Virus record (IMG/VR): IMGVR_UViG_3300022213_000237
Location: 105,568 to 169,567 of that record
Length of the DNA: 64,000 nt
Source of the DNA: a virus
Reading direction: 5' to 3' (one strand)
Shown here: in pieces, positions 18,853 to 27,677 of the stretch
Layout: every line of letters begins with the position of its first letter
Position numbering within the stretch: the first letter of the stretch is position 1
Notes under the pieces: generated by a model
The model's input: only the letters and a program-made list of their open reading frames with translations
What the model was told of the DNA's origin: nothing
Databases searched by the model: none
Made by a program: the position numbers and the translations under genes

Positions 18853-19210
18853 GTGGGAACCTGATGATACGGCCCAAATTAACTTGGGCGGCTTGGACTC
18901 TAACGCTCTCTAGGTTCTCTTCATGTTCTCGGATTTTTTCTTCTATGGCCTTAAGTTTTTCGTCGTCGTTCTTAATTTGTGTCTCGATGTGATGAAGAAA
19001 TGTTTCCACAGACCTCCATTCCGAAAGCAAACAAATTTTGGCCGACTTCATACTCTTCAGGTGCTGTCTGTATTTTCTTCTATGCTCTTTAAAATTCTCA
19101 ATACTTTCTAGAAGCGATGACCGTTCTTTACGTGCATCCCATATCTTGGTCTTAATTCTTTCGTATTCGCTTTCGCTATCAAGGGCGATAGCCTCGTTAT
19201 CTCGACTCAC
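18842..19210 (-). CDS. coiled-coil hypothetical protein
   Basis: 122 aa charged coiled coil; abuts neighbours. Confidence 0.55.
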   Translation of the reverse strand: MSRDNEAIALDSESEYERIKTKIWDARKERSSLLESIENFKEHRRKYRQHLKSMKSAKICLLSEWRSVETFLHHIETQIKNDDEKLKAIEEKIREHEENLESVRVQAAQVNLGRIIRFPHDD

Positions 19211-20494
19211 TTAGAAACCATCAAAAGCCTTGATGATTTCATCTAACGATTCATCTTTATCATGAGTGCTATTTACGTTAATAAAGCGGTAGTCTCCGAC
19301 AACAAAACCAGGAGACGATTCCCACATGCTCTGTCCACACGCACTCTCAAAGAGGCCGATGGAAATTGAGTATTGGTCGGAGGGAATGAGGGCGCCGTTG
19401 GTGATTAAGATGGCGCCGTTACCCATATGAATTACCGTGCCTACGTGAACGTGGCCGATAAAAAAGAGCTTGTATTCGTCGGCGTTAGGTAGGCTGGCGT
19501 TAATGCGATTGATTTGGGCCTCAAGATTTTTGGCATTGATGACACTGCCAGGATAGCCTGGATTCAACACCGTGTCTCCGTGGGTACCAAAACACCGCTG
19601 TCCAAAAGATTCGTAAGTCACGTATGGTTTTAAGGTGATGTCGAACTTAACGTTTTTAAGATTCTTAGCAGCGGTCTTAAGCGAGTAATAGATAATAGTA
19701 GCAAGGCTGTCTGTTTTTTCGTAAGTGGCACGATCTTTATGACGTGAAGTAAAGCGATCGTGATTACCGGGAGCACAATCAACAATCACTTCCGAGAATT
19801 CCCCAGAAAAATATTCAATTGCTTGAAGTAGGAGGTGGATAGCACGAGCCACCTGTGCGGCGAGAATATCTCCATCTCGTAAATCATGAAGCTGGCCCTG
19901 GATGATGTCTCCAGCAAGATGAACACGCAATCTCGTCTCGCTTCTGTGGTCGCGTTTGTAATTACATACGGACTTGACCACATGGGCTAGCCGTCTAGCT
20001 TCTTCTACAGTCCCGTATTTAAGTGGACCATATTTGGGGTCTAGATCGCTACCAAAATGAAGATCGCTTAGAAGTATGTTCAGCTCCCTCGTTATGCCTC
20101 CACGAGCTTTTTTAGGAGGCTTTACCGATAAGGCCTTCGATTTTGCGGCACCAATTTTATTCGATAACCCCTCAAATCTGTCCCAAAAGGCTTGTTCGCG
20201 TGCAGCCGTCTTTGCTTCTTTTCGATTCGTCGAGGCCGTGTCTCGTACTTGGACAGCACGTACCGGTATCTGTTTTCTGTCAGATAAGTCTCTAGAAAAT
20301 GCGGCATCACGCAATGCTGTGAAGCCCCCAAGTTCTTTTATACGAGGAGCATTGTCTGATAACCATTTGTCTTCGTTTGCTTTCATGTACTTCTGAAGCT
20401 GGTTATATGCGAGGTCGTATTCTTTTACACCTAGATGTTCAGAGGCTTCTTTTATGTAGGTAGAAAGCTCTGTCTCAATAGACTCATCTGACAT
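19211..20494 (-). CDS. calcineurin-like metallophosphoesterase
   Basis: SDLHFG, AGDII, PGNHD, THGD, GHVH motifs. Confidence 0.85.
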   Translation of the reverse strand: MSDESIETELSTYIKEASEHLGVKEYDLAYNQLQKYMKANEDKWLSDNAPRIKELGGFTALRDAAFSRDLSDRKQIPVRAVQVRDTASTNRKEAKTAAREQAFWDRFEGLSNKIGAAKSKALSVKPPKKARGGITRELNILLSDLHFGSDLDPKYGPLKYGTVEEARRLAHVVKSVCNYKRDHRSETRLRVHLAGDIIQGQLHDLRDGDILAAQVARAIHLLLQAIEYFSGEFSEVIVDCAPGNHDRFTSRHKDRATYEKTDSLATIIYYSLKTAAKNLKNVKFDITLKPYVTYESFGQRCFGTHGDTVLNPGYPGSVINAKNLEAQINRINASLPNADEYKLFFIGHVHVGTVIHMGNGAILITNGALIPSDQYSISIGLFESACGQSMWESSPGFVVGDYRFINVNSTHDKDESLDEIIKAFDGF

Positions 20495-20505
20495 TATTCA
20501 AATCC

Positions 20506-21078
20506 TTACGACTGCGCCACAGGCGCTTGCTCCGTAGAAGATTCGGGCCCAGATGTAACTTCTGGTGGTTTGGGAGTTACCATCCTGAATGCCTCTTGAA
20601 CCTCGAAACGACTTCCGTTTAAATCCAAGATAAAGCCGGTAGCCTTACCGAGCATCTGTTCTTGGGCCTGGGGCGTAAATTGATCAAATCGTACCTGCAC
20701 ATAGCCGGGAGGAATTGGGTTTCCGTCTTTGTCGAGTTCTCGACCCACAACTATGCAATTGGATTCAAGAGTCGTGAGAGGTTCGAGAATACCTTTGGAT
20801 TTGAGGTCTTCCAACATTTTCTTTTCCCGCTCAACGGCTTCGGCTGTGCGCTTATCTCGAGCAAGCTGAATTTGCTCCTGTACTTTGGCGTCAAAATCAG
20901 GCCCGCTAACGGTAATAAGGGCGTTGATTACCTCAACCATGTTACGCATGGCGCCAGTTACCTGAGCAACCCGCTTGTCAACATCGTTTTCGATATATCC
21001 AGCAAGTCCGTTGGCTAGCTTCTCTAAGTCACTAAGGCGCTCTACAAGAGATTTTGGTTTGTCGTTTTCTGCGGTCAT
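20506..21078 (-). CDS. hypothetical protein
   Basis: 190 aa ORF in operon. Confidence 0.6.
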   Translation of the reverse strand: MTAENDKPKSLVERLSDLEKLANGLAGYIENDVDKRVAQVTGAMRNMVEVINALITVSGPDFDAKVQEQIQLARDKRTAEAVEREKKMLEDLKSKGILEPLTTLESNCIVVGRELDKDGNPIPPGYVQVRFDQFTPQAQEQMLGKATGFILDLNGSRFEVQEAFRMVTPKPPEVTSGPESSTEQAPVAQS

Positions 21079-21079
21079 T

Positions 21080-21952
21080 TTATTGTCCTATTGTGTGGGT
21101 TGGAGTTACGATATGTGTATCCGGATTTCGGATCTCGGAATTAAAGTTTCTGAGACCCATTTCGCCGTGAGCTTGAGCTTGAGCAATCATCTCGTCGGGA
21201 GAAGGCATTGGTTTTGGTCCATTACGATCATAAGGATTAGGCGGTTCTCTAACTTGCCCCCTCTGAATCGAAACCGTACGCACTTCCCCATTAGAGAGGG
21301 TTACGTCCTTTAACTTTCCGGCAGGAGCTTGGTTTTGTGGCACGGCTGGTGTCGGAGCGTGTTGACGCTGCAGCGGCGCAGGCCTTACACTTTGTTCCGT
21401 CTGGGCAGCGGCTGCGCGCTGATGCTTGCCCGTACCAGGGGGTCGACCTCGACCACGCTTGGGGGCAGCTAATTGGCCTAGCGGCTGTTGAACCGGGGCT
21501 ACAGGTTTGGGGGCAGCCAGACGTGCGGGTTGTACATCTGGTCGTGGTATAGAAGCAGGTTTACCTAGTAATTTGGCCGCGAATAGTTTGAGGACGCCCA
21601 TTTCGTCGATATCAAACTTTGAACCCTTTGATCCCTGAGACTCGGTGTCGATACCCAGAAGAATGCGAAGACGTTCTTCAGCAAAGGTCTTGAATTCTTC
21701 TTCTACTGACAACGTTACCGGATCGTCACCCTCAAAGAGGGCACCCTGAATAATTTGCTCATAAAGCGCTGCCTTTGCGAAGCGAATGCGTGCTTCGGTC
21801 ATGAGGTCGACTTCTTGTTGAACCTCTTCGGCGACGCCACCGTCGCTCATAGCCTCAAAAGCGGCGTCTACGCGCTGCTGTTGAGTAAATTGCTGACTAA
21901 GTGATTCTATTCCTGTAGGGCTAACGGGGTACGCTTCTGGATCAAATGGCAT
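21080..21952 (-). CDS. hypothetical protein with AT-hook-like motif
   Basis: KRGRGRPPG within a Pro/Ala/Gln-rich region. Confidence 0.6.
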   Translation of the reverse strand: MPFDPEAYPVSPTGIESLSQQFTQQQRVDAAFEAMSDGGVAEEVQQEVDLMTEARIRFAKAALYEQIIQGALFEGDDPVTLSVEEEFKTFAEERLRILLGIDTESQGSKGSKFDIDEMGVLKLFAAKLLGKPASIPRPDVQPARLAAPKPVAPVQQPLGQLAAPKRGRGRPPGTGKHQRAAAAQTEQSVRPAPLQRQHAPTPAVPQNQAPAGKLKDVTLSNGEVRTVSIQRGQVREPPNPYDRNGPKPMPSPDEMIAQAQAHGEMGLRNFNSEIRNPDTHIVTPTHTIGQ

Positions 21953-21975
21953 AACGACATTGTAGCCACTGGATC

Positions 21976-23850
21976 TTACTTAATTGGACACGCACCCGAC
22001 TCACACTCTGATCCGTCAATGTCGACACCACCAGAGATATCGCCTTCTAGGTCTTTGACTTTAGAGCTTAGTGTCTCGTATTGCTCTCGAGATATAGCTT
22101 CTTTGGGAGCCTGGACAAATCCGTGGTCGTTGTGACACAAAAAGCTAATGGTTTTGATATATTGAAGATTATCTGCAAGCCATGACTTAAGTTGCGGAAT
22201 CTCTTCTTTTTTGTAGTAAACGGTAACACTCACGCTTTGGTCTGCCCAATGCTTTTGTGCAAACTTGACAGTATCTAACTGTTTCCACGTGTTCCAGTCT
22301 TCGTCGGCTACCGGGGCTCCATCTGGAGCTTGTTCGTAAAAATCTACGACGACAGTATTGTGGTCCAGGCTGCCATCAAAACGCACCACGGGTTCAATAT
22401 GATGACCGGCAGCAAGCAATTGAGATACAATAGGATCTGAAGCGCTGAATCTAATTCGCTGAATGTAATAACGGCTGTAGGCGGCGTGAATCCCCTCATA
22501 CCCCTGCATATCCATCATCTTGGACATTGTGCCGGAGGGCTTAACGACCGTGGTCCGGATTGAGCGATTAACTCCATATTGCTTGGAAAATTTCTCGTCT
22601 TCGTCCTGGATTGCGGCATAAACACGATCCAAGGTAGGAGCCGTGAACAGAGGAGATTGCAGGCAGCCGGTGATGCCGATACCTACGCGCATATTTCGCT
22701 TAATGACTTCTTGCGCTCCTGGGATGTGGTATTTTTGCATTGCCACACGCTTGGCCCAACGGAACATAGACCTCGCGGCAAACTCAAATTCCTCGGCATC
22801 AATCAAGTTGGGAAGCGGCAGCTCGGCAAGATTGCATGGTTCAGCTTTTTTGGCTCCGCCTTCTAGTGTTGCTTCCGCGCACGGATTCGTTCCGTTTGCT
22901 GTATCTTTTTTCAATTCACCCATTCGTCCGTATTTTTGGATATTGGTGATATTCACAATACCAAATGGCTCACCATGCTCGTACGTTTTCCAGAAAGAAG
23001 GGTGAAGGTCTTCGACATCATCACAAGCCACCGATAAATTCGCCATGGCTCGGTGTGTTGGGATAGGTCCTAGATCCCATCTTTTGGATTTGAGATATTC
23101 CTTGTCCCAAGCATCGCCGATGATGATGATGGCGCTGCGGCGTACGTTGCCAGCGACTACCATTTCGCCAATCATGCAGAGAACATCCATCGCATCTATA
23201 GGGCGTACCATCTTACCTGAACGCGACGACAGCAGTTCGCATAGCTTCTCCACCATCTTAATGAGTGGTGCAGGTCCAGAAGCAGTGCCACCAAACCCCT
23301 TAATGAGTTCTCCCGCACCACGAATACAATACGTAGAATAGGTAAACGATTTGCCGGTTACAAAATATGCTTCGAGCACGCGCCACGTTAGTTGTACCCA
23401 GCCTTCACGGCTATCAGGCACAATAAAATCTGCATCCTTAGTGAGTTTGTGCTCAATTTGGACACCGTTTTTAACGCGCGGCAATTTACTAGTGTATCTG
23501 TGTTCGATAGAGAGACCGACTCCGCCACCAAGCATCAGAAGATCTTGGGCCATGACAAAATTTTCCCAATCTTCGGAGGTAGTGAACCAACAGTTATTTA
23601 GCGCAACACCACCCAAAGCTTTTTGACTAGGCGCACCTGAGTACCACCAGCCGCGACCTGCCGGACCGGCTTTGCGATTTAGGAGTAGGTACTCTAGCTC
23701 TTTGAGTTCTTTTTCGGGTACATTGAAGCCGTCAGTGTTTCCACGGATAATACGCTCTACGGTGTCAGGGAACTTTTCAAGTATGCCAGTATCCTTGCGA
23801 GCATAGGTACGAGTATATACTACACGGCTCAGGTTCGACCACGGTTTCAT
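21976..23850 (-). CDS. nrdJ: class II (adenosylcobalamin) ribonucleotide reductase, monomeric RTPR type
   Basis: RTYAR, PAGRG, LNNCW, AGNVRRSA, TNPCAE, PCNLAE, VKPSGT, C-terminal CESGACPIK; no beta subunit nearby. Confidence 0.92.
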   Translation of the reverse strand: MKPWSNLSRVVYTRTYARKDTGILEKFPDTVERIIRGNTDGFNVPEKELKELEYLLLNRKAGPAGRGWWYSGAPSQKALGGVALNNCWFTTSEDWENFVMAQDLLMLGGGVGLSIEHRYTSKLPRVKNGVQIEHKLTKDADFIVPDSREGWVQLTWRVLEAYFVTGKSFTYSTYCIRGAGELIKGFGGTASGPAPLIKMVEKLCELLSSRSGKMVRPIDAMDVLCMIGEMVVAGNVRRSAIIIIGDAWDKEYLKSKRWDLGPIPTHRAMANLSVACDDVEDLHPSFWKTYEHGEPFGIVNITNIQKYGRMGELKKDTANGTNPCAEATLEGGAKKAEPCNLAELPLPNLIDAEEFEFAARSMFRWAKRVAMQKYHIPGAQEVIKRNMRVGIGITGCLQSPLFTAPTLDRVYAAIQDEDEKFSKQYGVNRSIRTTVVKPSGTMSKMMDMQGYEGIHAAYSRYYIQRIRFSASDPIVSQLLAAGHHIEPVVRFDGSLDHNTVVVDFYEQAPDGAPVADEDWNTWKQLDTVKFAQKHWADQSVSVTVYYKKEEIPQLKSWLADNLQYIKTISFLCHNDHGFVQAPKEAISREQYETLSSKVKDLEGDISGGVDIDGSECESGACPIK

Positions 23851-23867
23851 TGTTTTGCCTTTTTAAA

Positions 23868-24494
23868 CTACATGATTCCATCGCATGGCGTAGCGCCCGC
23901 GAGAAAAGCAGCCGCCAAGCAAATGGCGTCAGCCGCATCGTTGTCTTTTACTTTTAAAGAGAGTCCGAATTTGTCGTTGACGTAACGAAGCGCCAGGTGC
24001 TTCTTGTTGATCTTGCCTCTAACGCCTAAAGTTTTCTTGTCCACAGAAATTCCTTTTTCTGTGGCTAGCTTTTTGGCCTTGGAAAGTTTGGCATTATTTT
24101 TCTTATCTTCTTTTGTCATCGTCAAACCAAGAGCCTGCCGCCAAGATGAACTTGAGAGGTAGATTACTTTCGCGGTCACACCACGAAGATGGATGAGAAG
24201 ACTCTTGTGTATGAACTCAAGCACTTTCTGACTCCATCTACTCTTACCTAAATTAGTTTCTTCTATTACGATAACGTCGGGAGAGAAGCGAAGCACGAGG
24301 TCGAAGAGCATGGCGGCCATGGCCTCAGAGGCTTTATCGTAAGACCATGGGTACTCTCCAAAAGCAATTACCGGATGATCCAACTTAATACTCCCAAACT
24401 CTAACTTAATGCTCCCAAATATAGAGTCCGCATCGTCTTTTTCGAGATACGCCCAACCAGCCTTCGTGGATATGTCCAGGGCGAGAACTTTCAT
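23868..24494 (-). CDS. RuvC-like Holliday junction resolvase
   Basis: VLALDIS..GWA, IVIEE, SSWR..LG, DNDAADAIC RNase H-fold acidic motifs. Confidence 0.85.
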   Translation of the reverse strand: MKVLALDISTKAGWAYLEKDDADSIFGSIKLEFGSIKLDHPVIAFGEYPWSYDKASEAMAAMLFDLVLRFSPDVIVIEETNLGKSRWSQKVLEFIHKSLLIHLRGVTAKVIYLSSSSWRQALGLTMTKEDKKNNAKLSKAKKLATEKGISVDKKTLGVRGKINKKHLALRYVNDKFGLSLKVKDNDAADAICLAAAFLAGATPCDGIM

Positions 24495-24518
24495 AATAGG
24501 ACCTTAAGATTGTGGTCC

Positions 24519-24965
24519 TTATTTAAGTGGCAGGGTTTGTACTTCATTCTCTTGCAGCAGTTTTTCAAGACCCAGTCTCTTAAGTTTCTCTTCCAAGAAT
24601 GGAGTATCTTGAACCACAACAAAACAAAACACAGCAAAAGATAAAGCCAGCTTAATGGTGGCCAGAGGCATTACTGATGGCAGTGCCGCTCTGCAGCTAC
24701 CCAGAATAGTAAAGTTCTGATCAATCTTCTCCAGTGAAGACAGAAGCTGTTCTTGGTACCCCTTTGAGATAAAAGTATCTAGTGGAGTGGTATCCGATAA
24801 ATTTTTACATAACTCTGTAGAGAGAAACAAAGTTCGGTATTTAATACCTTTCGAGGTCTCTCCCTTAAGGTTATCGAAAGCTTCTTGGGTTAATTTGGCA
24901 GCCAAATGACTAGGAGTACTGTTAACCCAGTTAAGCTCCCAAACGTTGAGTTGGGAAAAATTCAT
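24519..24965 (-). CDS. hypothetical protein
   Basis: 148 aa ORF in operon. Confidence 0.5.
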   Translation of the reverse strand: MNFSQLNVWELNWVNSTPSHLAAKLTQEAFDNLKGETSKGIKYRTLFLSTELCKNLSDTTPLDTFISKGYQEQLLSSLEKIDQNFTILGSCRAALPSVMPLATIKLALSFAVFCFVVVQDTPFLEEKLKRLGLEKLLQENEVQTLPLK

Positions 24966-24972
24966 TGGTAAT

Positions 24973-25317
24973 TTATCCCTTAAGGGCTTCTGCTTCGGCG
25001 TCGTTCTGAATTATTGTGGCAGCAACCGCATCGCCAGAATCAGAAAGCATACGAATCAGGAATTTGCTTCGAAGCTTGTTGCGTTGCGTGATTTCGCTGT
25101 AACCACTAGATGCGGCTTTGACTGCATCTTTCTTGGCCGCGAGATCGCCGTCGGCTTTCTTTGCAGACTGATTGGCCTCTTCGTTCTTTGCCACCTCAGC
25201 ATATTTGATGCGAAGTGCGTCTGTATTGAGTCCATTAACAGAATCAATAAACGTAGGGTCAAATAGGTTGATTCGTTCTTCGAGAGTGAGTTTGGCTTTC
25301 TTGGCTGGTCTTGGCAT
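24973..25317 (-). CDS. hypothetical coiled-coil protein
   Basis: AGGAG RBS; 114 aa. Confidence 0.65.
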   Translation of the reverse strand: MPRPAKKAKLTLEERINLFDPTFIDSVNGLNTDALRIKYAEVAKNEEANQSAKKADGDLAAKKDAVKAASSGYSEITQRNKLRSKFLIRMLSDSGDAVAATIIQNDAEAEALKG

Positions 25318-25340
25318 TTGTGATTTCTCCTGAAATACAT

Positions 25341-27386
25341 CTAGCTTGAGATCGCAAAACGAGAGACGTCGCGCTCGCTTTCGACGTCGATGTAGGCGGC
25401 AAAATATTCTTTGAGTTCGCTAGAATGGTCCACGACCAGAATCAGGCACTCTTCTGCGGCCTTCTGCAGAATTTGCATACATGCTTCTTTGGTTGGGGGA
25501 CAGTGGGCAGAAAAGGATTCGTCGAAAATCATGAATCCAGGGCGCACGCCGGTTCGCTGTCCAATCACTTTCGCAATGGAAAGATCGACTGCTAACTCCA
25601 CCGACTCCAACATGCCGCCAGAGATGCCGCTCTTCAGCGACACCGGTTTCCCGTTTTTCAATACCACGGGCTTAATTTCCTGCTTCACCGCGCCTTTGGC
25701 GGTAACGCCCTCGCTTACGAAGGTGACTGTAGTAGTCGGTACATTCGGTACGGATTTGAGCAATTCGTTGGTTTCGGCAGAAATTTGGGCAAGAACTTCG
25801 TCGAACAACAGAGTCAGATAATGCTTAAGGGCTACCGCTAAGTCGGCTTCCTCTGTATAAGATTTTCTTTTGCCTTCTAGAATTAGTTCTTGATTTTTGA
25901 TATTGACTATCCCCGCTTCGTACTGGCGGGTAACGTCTGCGTATGCACGCATAATTCTTTCGTTTGCTGACTCTACGGTCTTTATTTTTTCTCGCATTGC
26001 GTTTTGTTGTGCGACTAGAGCCTCAAACCCATCGTCAAAATCCTCAAGAGCCTTCCGCGCAACTTCTACCGGCTTGCGAAGTTGTTCCAATACCGCTGCA
26101 TCTTCGGCAGCTTGTTGGGCCTCAAAGAGTTTGGCCTCATTATCGATACGAGACTTCTCTGCTTCGTATTGCCGACTCAAAATCTGATGGACTTCACTCA
26201 TTTTCTCCAGCATCGGATGCTTGTATTGTTGGGCCTGGGCCAACAATTCGTTATACTGGATCTCGTATCGCGCCAAGAGCAATTCAAGTTCTGGCAACTT
26301 CACAATAAGCTCGCGTTGCGCCCTCCACTCAATCTCTTTGAGGTCTAAAGCCTTCTTTGCGTCCTCCCATTGCCGCGAACACGTAGGACAGATGGACAGT
26401 TTCAACTTCTCAATTTCATTGCCGAGGCGTTGGTTTTGTTCCTGAACCTTCTTAGTGGTTACAATATCGTCTCTGAGCTTGTTCTTAAGCTGACCAATAG
26501 CAGCGGCTTCGTCGCTCATTTTTTTTCGCTCAACTTTTTCTTCGATTTTAAGTTGTTCGATTCGGGTCCTCGCATCGTTGGCTTTGGCTACCAATTCATC
26601 TCTCTTGGAGAGGTCTACGACGTAGCTAAGCTTTGGTTTCTTATAAAAACGATTGAGAGGCTCCATTACCACCTTAAGAGCGTCTTCAAAGGCATGGCGT
26701 TTTTCGGCCATTACGTGGATATTGTTATCTATTTCTTCTAAATTCTTACGGTACGCGTCTGTAGATTCCAGTGAAGGCAGAGCAGGTTCCCTCAATTGGG
26801 TCTTCAGCGCCGTGACGGTGTGTTCAAGTTGATCTACTTCTACTTTTAACGTGTTGCTCGTAGCTATCGCCACCGCTATTTGGTCCTCAACCTCTTTGAC
26901 CCCTAAGAGAGTGGCGAGGAATTCGCGTTTTTCGCCATCGGTCATGGACAGAAACCGTCCACGTTCACCTTGCTGCCGATAAGTAAGGGCTTCAAGCAAG
27001 GTTGTGGGAAGGCCTGTGAGTTTTACGATTTCACGCTCAACCTCTTTGGCGGGACTAGATACGGTCTCGCCTAACCGTGTAATCGAGAATTCTTTGCCCC
27101 GCTTGATGATGGCGGGTCCAGAGTCAGTATCTAATTCCAGCTCCACCTGCATAGGCAGAGCCGAATAAAGATTTTGCTGTTCGGTCGCGGCGAAAGGGCA
27201 GAATCCGAAAGCGTAAGTAATTGCTAAAGGAATTGTAGACTTACCGGAACCGCTACTGACCCCCGTGCGTACGTCTCGGCCACGAATACCTACCAATCCC
27301 GTCCTTGGCAACAGCGGGCTTGATTGTTTATCTTGAAAGGCTCTGAATGCCTGAAGAGTTATTTTACGAACATGGACTTTTCCCAT
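25341..27386 (-). CDS. sbcC: SbcC/Rad50/gp46-like ATPase
   Basis: FRAF, Walker A GSGKS, coiled coil with CPTC zinc hook, signature ISGG, Walker B IFDE, VVDH. Confidence 0.92.
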   Translation of the reverse strand: MGKVHVRKITLQAFRAFQDKQSSPLLPRTGLVGIRGRDVRTGVSSGSGKSTIPLAITYAFGFCPFAATEQQNLYSALPMQVELELDTDSGPAIIKRGKEFSITRLGETVSSPAKEVEREIVKLTGLPTTLLEALTYRQQGERGRFLSMTDGEKREFLATLLGVKEVEDQIAVAIATSNTLKVEVDQLEHTVTALKTQLREPALPSLESTDAYRKNLEEIDNNIHVMAEKRHAFEDALKVVMEPLNRFYKKPKLSYVVDLSKRDELVAKANDARTRIEQLKIEEKVERKKMSDEAAAIGQLKNKLRDDIVTTKKVQEQNQRLGNEIEKLKLSICPTCSRQWEDAKKALDLKEIEWRAQRELIVKLPELELLLARYEIQYNELLAQAQQYKHPMLEKMSEVHQILSRQYEAEKSRIDNEAKLFEAQQAAEDAAVLEQLRKPVEVARKALEDFDDGFEALVAQQNAMREKIKTVESANERIMRAYADVTRQYEAGIVNIKNQELILEGKRKSYTEEADLAVALKHYLTLLFDEVLAQISAETNELLKSVPNVPTTTVTFVSEGVTAKGAVKQEIKPVVLKNGKPVSLKSGISGGMLESVELAVDLSIAKVIGQRTGVRPGFMIFDESFSAHCPPTKEACMQILQKAAEECLILVVDHSSELKEYFAAYIDVESERDVSRFAISS

Positions 27387-27389
27387 GTA

Positions 27390-27677
27390 TCATTCTTCCT
27401 GCTGATCAGTTTGCTCGTACTTTAGACGGTGAGCTTCTTCTCTTTCTTTAAAGAGTCTTTCCGCTTCCGAATATCTTTCAAGACGTACGGGCCTAATTCC
27501 GTCATCGAGCACTTCCATGGCTTGAGAAGTGGCAGCCCCTCGGTCATGAACTCCGATTGAGGAACAATACTCGTGAGAGCAATGAGTTGTACCCATACTT
27601 TCTTTAAATGCTTCCAAAGTCATCAGCCTCTTGGTCTTGTGTCCAAGAGAGCATGTAAAATTGTAGACTGGCATCAC
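27390..27677 (-). CDS. FmdB-like zinc-ribbon protein
   Basis: MPVYNFTCSLGH...CSHEYC. Confidence 0.6.
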   Translation of the reverse strand: MMPVYNFTCSLGHKTKRLMTLEAFKESMGTTHCSHEYCSSIGVHDRGAATSQAMEVLDDGIRPVRLERYSEAERLFKEREEAHRLKYEQTDQQEE

